Assembly: GCA_014240285.1 (NCBI GenBank)
Contig: JAAZXI010000002.1
Coordinates: forward strand, 3,184-67,183
Source: Methanobacteriota archaeon
Lineage (GTDB): Archaea; Thermoplasmatota; Poseidoniia; Poseidoniales; Thalassarchaeaceae
Direction: 5' to 3'
Length of the DNA: 64,000 nucleotides
The notes under the pieces were generated by a model. That model was given only the letters and a program-made list of their open reading frames with translations. It did not search any database and was not told the origin of the DNA. This document shows positions 44,774-54,759 of the stretch, one piece after another (positions within the stretch are counted from its first letter, which is position 1; each line of letters starts with the position of its first letter). Position numbers and translations under genes: made by a program.

Positions 44774-45756
44774 TGCGCATGCCGCCATTTACACTCCACA
44801 CGCCCGACTCACTCGATGAGGCACTCTCGCTGGTCGGAGGCCTACAACAGTCAGGACAGGAGTTCGACTGGGTCGCCGGTGGGACAGACCTGCTACCCAA
44901 CTACAAGTGGCACCTCAATGCCAAGCCCCACGTCATCTCCCTTGCCGGTGTCCCAGAGCTCACTGAGCTGTCAGAGACCCATATCGGCGCGATGGTTAGG
45001 CTGCAGGACCTAGCTGATTCGAAAGAGTCGCACCCGCTCATAGCGAAAGTTTCCAGCATGGTCGCCAGTGTGATGATACGTCGTTCGGGTACTGTGGGTG
45101 GGAACATCTGCCTCGACACCCGGTGCTTCTGGTTCAATCAGTCTGAGGAGTGGCGAGAGTCGATTGAGTGGTGCTACAAGTGCGACTGCGGTACCGGTGC
45201 CGACTGTAGGGTAATCCCGAACCAGAACACCCAATGCGTAGCCACCTATCAGGCCGATTTGGCTCCTGTACTAATGTGCCTAGGTGCAACGATTCACCTA
45301 GCCAGTCCCTCGGGAAGCAGGTCAATGCCCCTAACCGAATTCTTCGAGTTGGACGGGATTACTCGCAATGTCCTAGCACCTGGTGAACTGGTGACTCACC
45401 TCACCCTGCCAGAGGACAGTTCGGACTGGATTGGTGACTATCAGAAGCTGCGCCAGAGGGAATCTTGGGACTTCCCCGAGGCAGGGGTTGCTGTGCTCTG
45501 GAAGTCGGAATCGGATGGCTCTCCACGCGACCTCAGGGTCGCAACCACAGGACTGGAGTCCGTCCCAGGCTTCCACTACGCCGAGGCGGCCGCGGCACTA
45601 GCGGGCTGGAACGGAGATTCCAGCGTTGACGAACTGGCTGAGGCGGTCAGGAAGGCGGTCAAACCGGTGTTGAACACGTGGTACCCTCCTTCATACAGGC
45701 GCAAGATGGTCAAGGTCTTAACAAAGCGAGCGAGTAGCGGCCTATTGGAAGTCTAG
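44773..45756 (+). CDS. FAD-binding medium subunit (CoxM/XdhB-like)
   Basis: 327 aa. The ATG overlaps the large-subunit stop (TGATG). It has AGGTDLLPNYK and SGTVGGNIC. Confidence 0.85.
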   Translation: MRMPPFTLHTPDSLDEALSLVGGLQQSGQEFDWVAGGTDLLPNYKWHLNAKPHVISLAGVPELTELSETHIGAMVRLQDLADSKESHPLIAKVSSMVASVMIRRSGTVGGNICLDTRCFWFNQSEEWRESIEWCYKCDCGTGADCRVIPNQNTQCVATYQADLAPVLMCLGATIHLASPSGSRSMPLTEFFELDGITRNVLAPGELVTHLTLPEDSSDWIGDYQKLRQRESWDFPEAGVAVLWKSESDGSPRDLRVATTGLESVPGFHYAEAAAALAGWNGDSSVDELAEAVRKAVKPVLNTWYPPSYRRKMVKVLTKRASSGLLEV

Positions 45757-45757
45757 T

Positions 45758-46687
45758 ATGAAATGGGTTCTGAGCACAGGAGTTGCCCTATTGCTTCTGG
45801 CCTGTACGGCACCGGTTCAGGGGCAACTGGGATCCTGGGAACTAGGGATTAACTACCCACAGGATAACGAAGATGTACCCTTCAGCGTCGGCACAAATGG
45901 CGGAGTTGCGATACAATTCTTCGTCAACAACGAGGAGCTCGTCGACATAGGCGTAGAATTCGACTACGAGATTCCATTCGGTGGCGAAGCGGACGGGCCC
46001 GAGTCAGAGACCATCGGAGCGGGGGACAACAAGTCGTTCACGCTCACGGTCTCGGGCATCGACGTCTGGAGTCACGCTGCTGATTCCAAGGAGGAATTCA
46101 CCATCTCGGCCACGCTGGTTTCAAGAGCCGGGCTCCCAATCTCCCTGCCGGGCGAGGGGCAGGAGGCAGGGGGCGAACTGAAGATACCAACTATCTACTC
46201 GCTCGAGGTTGACATCTCTGATCCAATCGGGCCGATGAATGCCGGCACCGACGTCATTCTAACAGTCACCGTGACCAACAAGGGGAACGTGCAGGACAAG
46301 GCGGGAGAAGTCGAGGTGAGTGACAACTGCCCACTATTGACCACCGACAACGGGCTGGACTCCCTGATGACCAGCAACATCGGCTCTGGGCAGTCAACAG
46401 AGGCAAATCTGATTGCAACGGCATCTGAAAGCCATCCTCGCAGGAACTGCAAGATCGAGGTCTCAGTCTCCTCCAACGGAGCGATGAACTCCGGAGGCTC
46501 CGAGATAGCCGATGACGATACCACAGTAACTGTGGAGCCCCCCCTAGATGAACCCGAGGAGAATAATAATCCCGATGACTCTAGTGACCCGGTAGAAGTT
46601 GTCAGTTCAAGCCTCCCCGCGCCGGGAATCGCAACTCTGATTTGCGCCTTGGCCATCGCAGCTCTAGCATCTCCTAGGCGATACTGA
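45758..46687 (+). CDS. secreted CARDB-like domain protein with a PGF-CTERM-like tail
   Basis: 309 aa. The signal is MKWVLSTGVALLLLACTAPVQG. The CARDB-like segment is GPMNAGTDVILTVTVTNKGNV. The C-terminus is LPAPGIATLICALAIAALASPRRY. It starts 1 nt after the coxM-like stop. Confidence 0.6.
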   Translation: MKWVLSTGVALLLLACTAPVQGQLGSWELGINYPQDNEDVPFSVGTNGGVAIQFFVNNEELVDIGVEFDYEIPFGGEADGPESETIGAGDNKSFTLTVSGIDVWSHAADSKEEFTISATLVSRAGLPISLPGEGQEAGGELKIPTIYSLEVDISDPIGPMNAGTDVILTVTVTNKGNVQDKAGEVEVSDNCPLLTTDNGLDSLMTSNIGSGQSTEANLIATASESHPRRNCKIEVSVSSNGAMNSGGSEIADDDTTVTVEPPLDEPEENNNPDDSSDPVEVVSSSLPAPGIATLICALAIAALASPRRY

Positions 46688-46867
46688 ATATTCCACTCAG
46701 AATACTCGAGAAGGAGTGATTGAGGGGGTGCAATAACAGCACCGGGAGTGTCGGAACTGGCTCAATGGCACGAACTATAATCAGCAACATATAACTGTGA
46801 AATGATGCTCGCGTAAGCACCGTAGGTGCTATCTAGGTATTACAATAGATAAAAAGGAGATTTTTCG

Positions 46868-48454
46868 ATGGCCGTAGGAGAGAAAGAAGAAGTTCAATTC
46901 TCCACCTACGTCATCGGCGCCCTCGCCACCACGGTAGTTTTGCTACTTCTACTTCCTATGCTGTTTGTCATCGGGAAATCCACCGCCTACTCTGCATACG
47001 AGGAGGAGGAACTCTACCAGCTCTCGGATATGCGCAGCAGCCTCGACGACAGTGGTGATGGCTACTTCATCGCCAACACAATGTCAACACCCATGCTTGT
47101 CAATGACTGGAAGGATCCGCACAGGACCATGCTTCTGATTATAGCCCCGGAGAAGCCGATAGACGAGACTGAGGCCGACGCCATCTACGACTTCGTCACC
47201 GAGAAGGGGGGCAAGGTCATCGTGGCAGCCGATGGTACTAACGCAAACAGACTTGCTACCAAGTTCGGAGTGACCTACTTCGGCCACCCACTGAACGACG
47301 AGAATCAGCACTGGCTAGAATACGACTGCGACCCGAGCCCATGCAACCCATCTTGGCAGAACGTGTGGAGTGTCGCAGCCGTACAGGAGGACGTTCACGA
47401 GATGCAGGCCGGGGCTGCGAGCAAGGGCTGCTCAGAGTTCCAGATAGTCAACCAAAACCCAGTCTCCTGTAGGATCCCCATAATGTTCCGCTCGCCCACT
47501 GGAATGAAGTTTGAGCCGTCCCTCAGGGACACCACTCACCCTGAAGAGAGGGAAGTCAAGATTCTTGCTGCAGCATCCTCCTCGGCATTCATTGACCTAA
47601 AGGGAGACGGAGATGCGAGCAACGCTCTGAACCCCGCACCGGGAGACCTCTCACTGATGATCCGCTTCGACTACCCCAATATCACCGCCTATGACCAAAT
47701 TCGCACCGGAAGGGGCGGACTGGTTGGAGGAGACATAGGCGAGTTGAAGGTAACAGGGAGCATAGTCTTCGTATCGGACGAGGAGGCTTTCTCTAACCGA
47801 CTCTGGACCGACGAGGTCGCGGCTGGGACCGGTCTCAGTCAGTCCTGCGAGGGGGTCGTGGGCAGTTGCTGGATGCAAGAGATTCACGACAACAACGAGT
47901 GGCTGGGCAACCAGATCTACTACGAGTTGTTGATACACTCAATGATGGAGCATGACAATCTGGGGCTCTCCGGTGAAATCAGGAACGACGTCACTAATTT
48001 TCAAGTGGTATTCGACGAGAGTCGTCACATCACAGGACTTGTGTCCGCCCCTTTCGTGGAGAGCATGGGGACAGTCGTGTTACTGACTTCGAACAACTTC
48101 CTGAAGTGGTTGGTGGTCCTGAACGTAGGCCTCCTACTATTGGTCGCTATGATGGTGGTGCCGGAGAAGGAGAACTGGCGGCATGTCTTCGATCTGACTA
48201 GATTCAACCAGCGTCCCAGTAAGCTCGACCCCAGCACTTATCGCCTGCGAGTCCAGCAGGCGCTGTTCACAAAGATTAGGGTACATCACGACCTCACAAG
48301 GGATCAGATGGCGTCGAAACCGCCCTCTGATATCCAATCGATGATTGGTGACCCGAGGCTCGTCGAACTGGCATACAGTAAGAGCAAGACCTATTCCCCC
48401 CAAGAACTGCGAAAGCTGATGCAGTCTATCAGACGGTGGGGCAAGAGCAATTGA
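46868..48454 (+). CDS. membrane-anchored DUF4350-like protein
   Basis: 528 aa with N- and C-terminal TM segments. The segment LLIIAPEKPIDETEADAIYDFVTEKGGKVIVAADG resembles DUF4350, which is commonly next to MoxR/DUF58. A GGAG lies 8 nt upstream of the ATG. Confidence 0.5.
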   Translation: MAVGEKEEVQFSTYVIGALATTVVLLLLLPMLFVIGKSTAYSAYEEEELYQLSDMRSSLDDSGDGYFIANTMSTPMLVNDWKDPHRTMLLIIAPEKPIDETEADAIYDFVTEKGGKVIVAADGTNANRLATKFGVTYFGHPLNDENQHWLEYDCDPSPCNPSWQNVWSVAAVQEDVHEMQAGAASKGCSEFQIVNQNPVSCRIPIMFRSPTGMKFEPSLRDTTHPEEREVKILAAASSSAFIDLKGDGDASNALNPAPGDLSLMIRFDYPNITAYDQIRTGRGGLVGGDIGELKVTGSIVFVSDEEAFSNRLWTDEVAAGTGLSQSCEGVVGSCWMQEIHDNNEWLGNQIYYELLIHSMMEHDNLGLSGEIRNDVTNFQVVFDESRHITGLVSAPFVESMGTVVLLTSNNFLKWLVVLNVGLLLLVAMMVVPEKENWRHVFDLTRFNQRPSKLDPSTYRLRVQQALFTKIRVHHDLTRDQMASKPPSDIQSMIGDPRLVELAYSKSKTYSPQELRKLMQSIRRWGKSN

Positions 48455-48474
48455 AAAAAAAGGAGAGATGAAAA

Positions 48475-49533
48475 ATGAATGCAACACCACCAGCTGAGAA
48501 GAAAAAGGAAAAACCCCCTCCAGACAACGTTGAGAAGGGTTACGCAAAGAAGGCCGAGAAGGCACGCGGAAAGAAGAAGATGAGTCAGAAGTTGTCTGCA
48601 GTCGGCGCAATCGCCGGAGCTATCAACACTGAAGTGCAGAAGGTCATCATCGGGAAGTCGCACGTCATCGACAACGTTCTGGTTAACATCCTCTCGAACG
48701 GTAACCTACTGTTCGAGGACTACCCGGGACTTGCCAAGACCCTGATGACGAATACCTTCGCCGACGCCTTGGGATGCGACTTCAAGCGTGTTCAGTTCAC
48801 GCCCGACCTGCTCCCTGCCGATATCACTGGGACTAACATCTACGACGCCAAGAAGGGTGAGTTCACGTTCAAGCCGGGACCAATCTTCTGCAACCTGCTG
48901 CTCTCTGACGAGATAAACAGAGCACCCCCGAAGACCCAAGCGGCCCTTCTGGAAGCGATGCAGGAGCTGCAAGTCACGGTAGGTGTGGTCACTCACAAGC
49001 TACCTGCCCCGTTCTTGACCATGGCGACTCAGAACCCGGTCGAGCAGGAGGGAACCTACCCTCTGCCCGAGGCACAGCTAGACCGTTTCATGATGAAGAT
49101 GAGCGTTGGGTATCCCGACCGCGCTGATGAGGTCGAGATCCTCAACCGACGTATCGCCCGAAAGAAGGACGAAGTGGAAGTCGAAGTTATCACCGACCCA
49201 GCCCGAGTCGTAGCAATGCAGCAGGCTATCGAGGACGTTTACGTCGATCCCGCAGTCAGACTGTACATGGTCGAAATCGTAGCCAGAACCCGCGAGGATC
49301 CACGGGTCCTCGTCGGATCTTCACCGAGAGGTTCTCAGGCACTGCTCAAGACAGGACGATCTGCGGCGGCAATGCGAGGTCGCGACTTCGTCACGCCAGA
49401 TGACGTGAAATCGGTTGCAGAGTTGGCAATCGCTCACAGACTTATTCTAAAGCCGGAGCACCAGATTAAGGGCCTGGAGAGTGGAGAGGTCGTCCAAGAC
49501 ATACTCCGCCAAGTCCAGGTCCCGACTGTCTGA
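48475..49533 (+). CDS. MoxR-family AAA+ ATPase
   Basis: 352 aa. It has LLFEDYPGLAKTLM (Walker A variant of MoxR), RVQFTPDLLPADITG, LLSDEINRAPPKTQAALLEAMQE and ATQNPVEQEGTYPLPEAQLDRF. There is a Lys-rich ~45-aa N-terminal extension. Confidence 0.9.
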   Translation: MNATPPAEKKKEKPPPDNVEKGYAKKAEKARGKKKMSQKLSAVGAIAGAINTEVQKVIIGKSHVIDNVLVNILSNGNLLFEDYPGLAKTLMTNTFADALGCDFKRVQFTPDLLPADITGTNIYDAKKGEFTFKPGPIFCNLLLSDEINRAPPKTQAALLEAMQELQVTVGVVTHKLPAPFLTMATQNPVEQEGTYPLPEAQLDRFMMKMSVGYPDRADEVEILNRRIARKKDEVEVEVITDPARVVAMQQAIEDVYVDPAVRLYMVEIVARTREDPRVLVGSSPRGSQALLKTGRSAAAMRGRDFVTPDDVKSVAELAIAHRLILKPEHQIKGLESGEVVQDILRQVQVPTV

Positions 49534-49568
49534 GGAAAACGCGCAGAGGTATCCTGAGAAGGAGGTGA

Positions 49569-50894
49569 GTGAGGGTGGCATGGAGCAGGAAGTCAGCGAT
49601 GTTCGCAGCGCTGGCCATCGCCCTGTACCTGCTCGGACTAGTCCTGAGAAACTCGCAACTGGTGACAGTGGCTGTGGTGTTGCTCTCCTTCCTGACGTGG
49701 GCGGCGTTCCGTACCTCGCATGCCGATGTGGCTTCATCCGGCAGGCGGGTCGACGACGCCGATTCCGACGAAGGAATCCAGTTGCACGCCGTTTCGGCGC
49801 TTAGACAGATTTCATCTGCTAGGATTTTCGAAGACGGTGAAATCGACGTCACACTGCGAATCCAGAATCGCTCTAATCTCTCCAAGGTTCTGGAGGTCAG
49901 GGACCGAGTGCCGGAGGTAATGCGCATCAAAAAGGGTGCGAACTACGTACTGATGGAACTCGGCCCTCGACGCGAGACCGAGATTTCGTACACAATTGAG
50001 ACCCCACTCAGGGGATTTTACACAATCGGCCCAGTATGCATCCGGGTCCAGGATGCCTTCGGGCTGTTCCACAACGATCGCGAGATTCACCTGTATGACG
50101 ACTTCCTAGTATTCCCCAAGATGGAGGACATCAAGGACGCCATGATCAAGAGCAGGGTGCCAAAAATATTCACTGGTGCTGTGAACATACGAAACCCCGG
50201 CGAGGGTTCCAACTTCTACAACCTGAGGGAGTACGTCCCAGGAGACCCGATGAAGAAGGTCAACTGGAATGCCACCGCTCGGAGCGCCGGCAAGATGATG
50301 GTTAACGAATACGAGCGCGACGCGGTCAGTGACATCATACTGATTGTCGATAGCAGGAGCATTGCCGAAACCGGCCCGGTTAGTCGCAACTCCCTAGTCT
50401 ACAGCACTAGGGCTGCCGCTAGCCTCTCCCAGTACTTCCTAGCTCGACGCGACTCGGTCGGACTGGTGACCTATGGTGATGAAATCGTGTCTGTCGATCG
50501 CGATACAGGTAAGAAGCAACTGTACGTGTTGCTCACCAAACTGGCGGGCGCTATGGCAAAGGGAAACACCCCTCTGAAGGTGGTGACGGATCGAATCATG
50601 CCGCACATCAACCGAGGCAGCCCGGTGATAATCATGAGTCCTCTCGAGGACGATCCGACGGTAGTGAACGCTGTTCGTGACTTGAGGTCACGGAACTTCG
50701 ACGTGACCATCCTCTCTCCGAGTAGTCTCGAGTTCGAATTCGATGCACGCCGTCTTGATCGTACCGGCTACGAGGTTCTCAAAACCGAGCGGGACATCTT
50801 GCTCAGTGAGTTGCGAGGCCTTGGAGCGAATGTGATGGACTGGGAGCCCGACATGCTGCTCAACACCGCTCTGACAGGAGCGAGGGGATTCTAG
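49569..50894 (+). CDS. DUF58 (vWA-like) domain protein
   Basis: 441 aa with two N-terminal TM segments. LREYVPGDPMKKVNWNATARSAGKMMVNEYERD is the DUF58 signature. Confidence 0.85.
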   Translation: MRVAWSRKSAMFAALAIALYLLGLVLRNSQLVTVAVVLLSFLTWAAFRTSHADVASSGRRVDDADSDEGIQLHAVSALRQISSARIFEDGEIDVTLRIQNRSNLSKVLEVRDRVPEVMRIKKGANYVLMELGPRRETEISYTIETPLRGFYTIGPVCIRVQDAFGLFHNDREIHLYDDFLVFPKMEDIKDAMIKSRVPKIFTGAVNIRNPGEGSNFYNLREYVPGDPMKKVNWNATARSAGKMMVNEYERDAVSDIILIVDSRSIAETGPVSRNSLVYSTRAAASLSQYFLARRDSVGLVTYGDEIVSVDRDTGKKQLYVLLTKLAGAMAKGNTPLKVVTDRIMPHINRGSPVIIMSPLEDDPTVVNAVRDLRSRNFDVTILSPSSLEFEFDARRLDRTGYEVLKTERDILLSELRGLGANVMDWEPDMLLNTALTGARGF

Positions 50895-50905
50895 GGGGAC
50901 TATGA

Positions 50906-51841
50906 GTGGCTGATGACAACACTGTGGAAGACGATGTTAGCGACACTGCGCACCTGTATGAGGGTAAGAAAGTCAGTTCCGCCCCTCCAAGCCGCAGGAA
51001 AGCAGCCGGGCGGCTGAAGTCAGCCACTGAGATACCGAGGGATGCGATTCCAGAGGTTCACGTGCCTACTGTCATCGAGTCATTCTTCGGAGGGCCGATT
51101 GTCAACACAACAAAATTCCTGCCCCCAGATAGGATGGTGGCATCTCTACAGATGGGCTCTGCCGGCGTGCTGATGATGCTGAGTCTGCTGACATTCATGG
51201 TCACTCCTGTGAGTGGGACTGCTTGGTTTGCATTAAGCAACATTCTGGGAATGCAGACCCTAGGAGGGGCCCTGCATATGTTGATTATTCTAGGTGGTCT
51301 GATAGGCGGGATGTACGGCATCTTCCAGAGGGATCAGAGGGCTCTATTGGCCTCTTATACACTTCTTATCCTAGTTACCCTGAGGTTCGCAGGAAGCAAG
51401 GTCGACTTCGGTATCAACTTCCTGCCCGAGGGGGAGATCTACCAGAAGATGCTGCTACTGCTCTATGCCGTGTTCCTAGTGATGTACATGGAGTTGACCA
51501 ATGGCATCATCCGGTTCTCCATGTTGGACACCTCAATCCGTACCGGCGAGGTCTACGTCATGCAGGTAACTAAAATCACCTCGCGCTATCACCGGTCCTT
51601 ACTAATCACCCCTATGATAGCCGCCTCGGTTGCCGGGCTGACTCTGCTAATCAACCTCATCATCCCCGCCTTCGTAGGAATATTCGATGATGTCTCGGCT
51701 CTGCGACTGAAAGAGAGCGTCGAGTTGACGAGCGTCTACGGTGTCGCCCTAGGTACCGTCATGGTGTTCACGGTGATTGCTGCTATGTTCGCAGTCAACC
51801 TGCCCTTGCGAATTCAGCAAATACGCGAGAGGAATGCCTGA
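50906..51841 (+). CDS. polytopic membrane protein, unknown function (last gene of the MoxR module)
   Basis: 311 aa with a GTG start and about 6 TM segments after a charged 60-aa N-terminus. Confidence 0.45.
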   Translation: MADDNTVEDDVSDTAHLYEGKKVSSAPPSRRKAAGRLKSATEIPRDAIPEVHVPTVIESFFGGPIVNTTKFLPPDRMVASLQMGSAGVLMMLSLLTFMVTPVSGTAWFALSNILGMQTLGGALHMLIILGGLIGGMYGIFQRDQRALLASYTLLILVTLRFAGSKVDFGINFLPEGEIYQKMLLLLYAVFLVMYMELTNGIIRFSMLDTSIRTGEVYVMQVTKITSRYHRSLLITPMIAASVAGLTLLINLIIPAFVGIFDDVSALRLKESVELTSVYGVALGTVMVFTVIAAMFAVNLPLRIQQIRERNA

Positions 51842-51842
51842 T

Positions 51843-52946
51843 TCAATCGGTTCCGATGTAACCACCTAGCATGCCCAAGTCAGTGACCACCAGCATCGCC
51901 ACGGATTCCACCACAGGTGCCGCTCTCGGTCCGATGACAGGGTCATGCCTGCCGCTCACCTTGAGGGATTGCACCTCGTTACTGGGGAGATGCAGTGTGA
52001 ACTGTTCTTGAGGCAGGCTGCTAGGCGGCTTGAAGTGGACTCTTGCGCATATCGGGGCGCTGGTGGAGCGCCCCCCAAGCGCACCGTCGGCCTGAGCCTC
52101 GTCCGCCCCCTCGGGGATCGGGCCCGAATCACTCGGAAGCCAAGCGTCGTTGTGTTCTGAGCCCCGCATAATCGATGCGCGGACTCCGCTGGAAAACTCG
52201 ACGGCGCGGGCACCAGGAATTGCCATCAGACCTCGTGCCAGTGCCGGTTCAATGCCGTCGAACCACGGCTCTCCGACGCCTATGGGAAGGCCTTCGATTA
52301 GTAGCTCAACTGATGAGCCGATAGTATCACGATTCTTTCGGACTGATTCTATCAGGTTGGACATCTCAATCACACTTTCCGGATCCAGACAATTCAATCG
52401 TCCCATTTCCGAAGATGGGTCAAGAGCACCGTTCCTCTCTAACTCAAAGAGAGGCTTTGCAGTAACTTCTCCGACACTGTGCAAGTGCGCACGGCAGGAC
52501 CATCCTGCTTGGTCAAGAAGTGCCTTTACTTGGCTACCTGAAGCAACCAATCCATAGGTTAGGCGTGCAGACTGCGAGCCCCCTCCACGTGGATCATTTG
52601 ACCCCCCTGAACGAACTGCCTCTACCATGTCAGCATGCCCTGGACGAGGTTGATCGGGTAGGAATGAGTAGTCTGATGGCCTGGCGTCTGAGTTTCTAGT
52701 CAGCATCAGAATCGGCCAGCCAGTGGCTTTTCCTTGGTAAACTCCGGAGAGTATCTCACACTCATCTGCCTCGGACCTTTTCGACATCCCTTTTCTTCCT
52801 GGGCGTCTCCTAATGATGGCCTCGTTGAGCTCGTTCTCATCAATGGGAGTCCCTGCTGGTATACCTTCAACTAGAGCTCCGACGCAAGATCCGTGACTCT
52901 CGCCGAAAAGAGTCACTCGTAGATTTTCTCCCAAGGTCATCCCCAT
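51843..52946 (-). CDS. aroC: chorismate synthase
   Basis: 367 aa. It has LRVTLFGESHGSCVGALVEGIPAG and RPGHAD. Confidence 0.9.
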   Translation of the reverse strand: MGMTLGENLRVTLFGESHGSCVGALVEGIPAGTPIDENELNEAIIRRRPGRKGMSKRSEADECEILSGVYQGKATGWPILMLTRNSDARPSDYSFLPDQPRPGHADMVEAVRSGGSNDPRGGGSQSARLTYGLVASGSQVKALLDQAGWSCRAHLHSVGEVTAKPLFELERNGALDPSSEMGRLNCLDPESVIEMSNLIESVRKNRDTIGSSVELLIEGLPIGVGEPWFDGIEPALARGLMAIPGARAVEFSSGVRASIMRGSEHNDAWLPSDSGPIPEGADEAQADGALGGRSTSAPICARVHFKPPSSLPQEQFTLHLPSNEVQSLKVSGRHDPVIGPRAAPVVESVAMLVVTDLGMLGGYIGTD

Positions 52947-53800
52947 CTGGAAACCTCCTCATCGGCCTGCTCTGGTGGAATGAAGGCGGTACGTATCACT
53001 TCTGCGCAGGACTCCTGTAGAATTTCCAGCACCTCATCTGAGCCCTCGTAGCAAACTACTGCGATAGCGGGACCTGAGCCTGAAATTCCCGCCGAAATTG
53101 CACCTCTGGCTATTGCTGAGTTGCAAATCCTGAGGGCCTCGTCATCCCCAATAGCAGCGGCTACTGCCATCCCATTAGCCGACATAGCTCCGAGCATGGA
53201 TCCACTTGATACAGATGCCAATGCCCTCTCAAACAACTTCCTCTGGTCTTTGAATTCTGACGGCGTGACCTTTGCCTGCCTAGATCCCCTCAGGGCAATT
53301 AGAATCTCTAGCCCCTCCTCCATGTCACCATGTAGTAGGATTGAATCTCTAGCTGGTTGTGTGGGGTCGACCAATTTCCACCCACTGGAGATTGCCGCCC
53401 ATGCATCATCCATACTCCCAGTAATCGTGCACCCTGCTTTTCTCTGGGCCGATACTGCTATTTCCACTATGTCATAATCCGAGAGTGAGGTCCAAGATGC
53501 CTCGTCGAGTGCTCTTATGGCAGCGCAGGCTACTGCTGCGCTAGATTTCAGCCCCTGCCCCACTGGGACTTGACTTTCAACTTTCCAACCGGCATTAGAT
53601 GGGCAAGGTAGACCCGCCTCGTTCCATGATTCAATTACCGCATCAAAAAGACCATTCTGATCATGTGGTATGGAGGCTGCCTCATCTACGAGAGTTACCT
53701 CGCACGGAAGATCAATGCCGACGGAGCATCCTCTGCCCAGGCCGGCGGCGTGAAGAATCGAAATGCCTCCGTTTGATTTTCCTTCGCCTAAGATTTTCAT
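52937..53800 (-). CDS. aroK: shikimate kinase, archaeal GHMP type
   Basis: 287 aa. It has the GHMP motif VPVGQGLKSSAAVACAAIRAL and ISGSGPAIAVV. It overlaps both neighbours (10 nt and 4 nt). Confidence 0.8.
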   Translation of the reverse strand: MKILGEGKSNGGISILHAAGLGRGCSVGIDLPCEVTLVDEAASIPHDQNGLFDAVIESWNEAGLPCPSNAGWKVESQVPVGQGLKSSAAVACAAIRALDEASWTSLSDYDIVEIAVSAQRKAGCTITGSMDDAWAAISSGWKLVDPTQPARDSILLHGDMEEGLEILIALRGSRQAKVTPSEFKDQRKLFERALASVSSGSMLGAMSANGMAVAAAIGDDEALRICNSAIARGAISAGISGSGPAIAVVCYEGSDEVLEILQESCAEVIRTAFIPPEQADEEVSRWG

Positions 53801-54759
53801 CTCTCATTGACCTCCCCGTGAAGAGCTTGTCCTATGTGCCTCATGCTGCTTTCAACCCGGACCAGAATCTGATCTCCAGACTGCAATTCAGTCACCGACA
53901 CCGCTTCACCACTGGGTGAGACAAGGCGCACTGTCTCGGCCTGTTGGGTCATGATTTGGCCTCCCACTGAGTCACATTCGAATTTCACAATTAGGAATGG
54001 GCGACGCTCAATCTTGAGACGGCCAATACTAGCCGAACGCCGGGTACCATCGGTAGTTACCACTGCCACTTTGTCACCTGCATTCAGTTCACTGAGATAC
54101 TTGGTCGAGTTGTCCGCCATTAGGGCGTAAGCGTGCACTGCACCTGCATTAACTCGGAACGGACGCGATGGTACATACTCGGAGGGGAGGGTTTCACCGT
54201 GTACGAGACAGAGCGCTGTAGAGGATGACCCTATCGCCATTCCCTCGCCGAGGGACATTCTCTCAATCAAATCGACACAGATTCTCTCACCTACACCTCC
54301 AGACTCGACTGATGTGATTGTTGCCGAGGATAATTGACTGGATGGTTTTTCGGCATCATCTGAGCCACCCTTGGATGCTAGTTCCCTAGCTGCATTCCAC
54401 AAGTCCTGTGAATCGGACTCGGGGGGGAGCAGGACCGCGTCGACGCCATGCTGCAGAGCAAATGCGGCTCCCGGCAAATCCATTTCTCTAGAAATAACAG
54501 CTGCCACCCGGGTTCCACTTCCAGCCGCAGCCGCGACGATGTTTTCCAGAGGAATCATGGTCCAGTCAGAGCACCTTACTAAAATCCAGTTCACCACTCC
54601 GACGAGCGATCTTGCTTCATCTTGGCCGCGGTAATCGTCCAACGCAACCTCTGCGACATCAGAAGCGCTGCCATCCCATATTCGGCTGGCTCCCTCAGGT
54701 AGAGAGGAAGCGGGTTTAGCAGTAGAATCCAGCCATATCTCCATGAAATCACTCCTCAA
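53797..54759 (-). CDS. aroB': 3-dehydroquinate synthase II (archaeal)
   Basis: 320 aa. It has RPFRVNAGAVHAYALMADNSTKYLSELNAGDKV and GRLKIERRPFLIV, collinear with the MJ1249-type DHQS II as I recall it. Confidence 0.85.
   Translation of the reverse strand: MRSDFMEIWLDSTAKPASSLPEGASRIWDGSASDVAEVALDDYRGQDEARSLVGVVNWILVRCSDWTMIPLENIVAAAAGSGTRVAAVISREMDLPGAAFALQHGVDAVLLPPESDSQDLWNAARELASKGGSDDAEKPSSQLSSATITSVESGGVGERICVDLIERMSLGEGMAIGSSSTALCLVHGETLPSEYVPSRPFRVNAGAVHAYALMADNSTKYLSELNAGDKVAVVTTDGTRRSASIGRLKIERRPFLIVKFECDSVGGQIMTQQAETVRLVSPSGEAVSVTELQSGDQILVRVESSMRHIGQALHGEVNER

Noticed and set aside
46800-46830. Possible C/D-box sRNA or other ncRNA in the 180-bp spacer upstream of the MoxR module (ATGATGC at 46802-46808; 6-bp hairpin AGCACC-gta-GGTGCT at 46816-46830)
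   Set aside because: The C-box is imperfect. No CTGA D-box or C'/D' pair follows within 70 nt. No kink-turn terminal pairing is apparent, and the hairpin is short.
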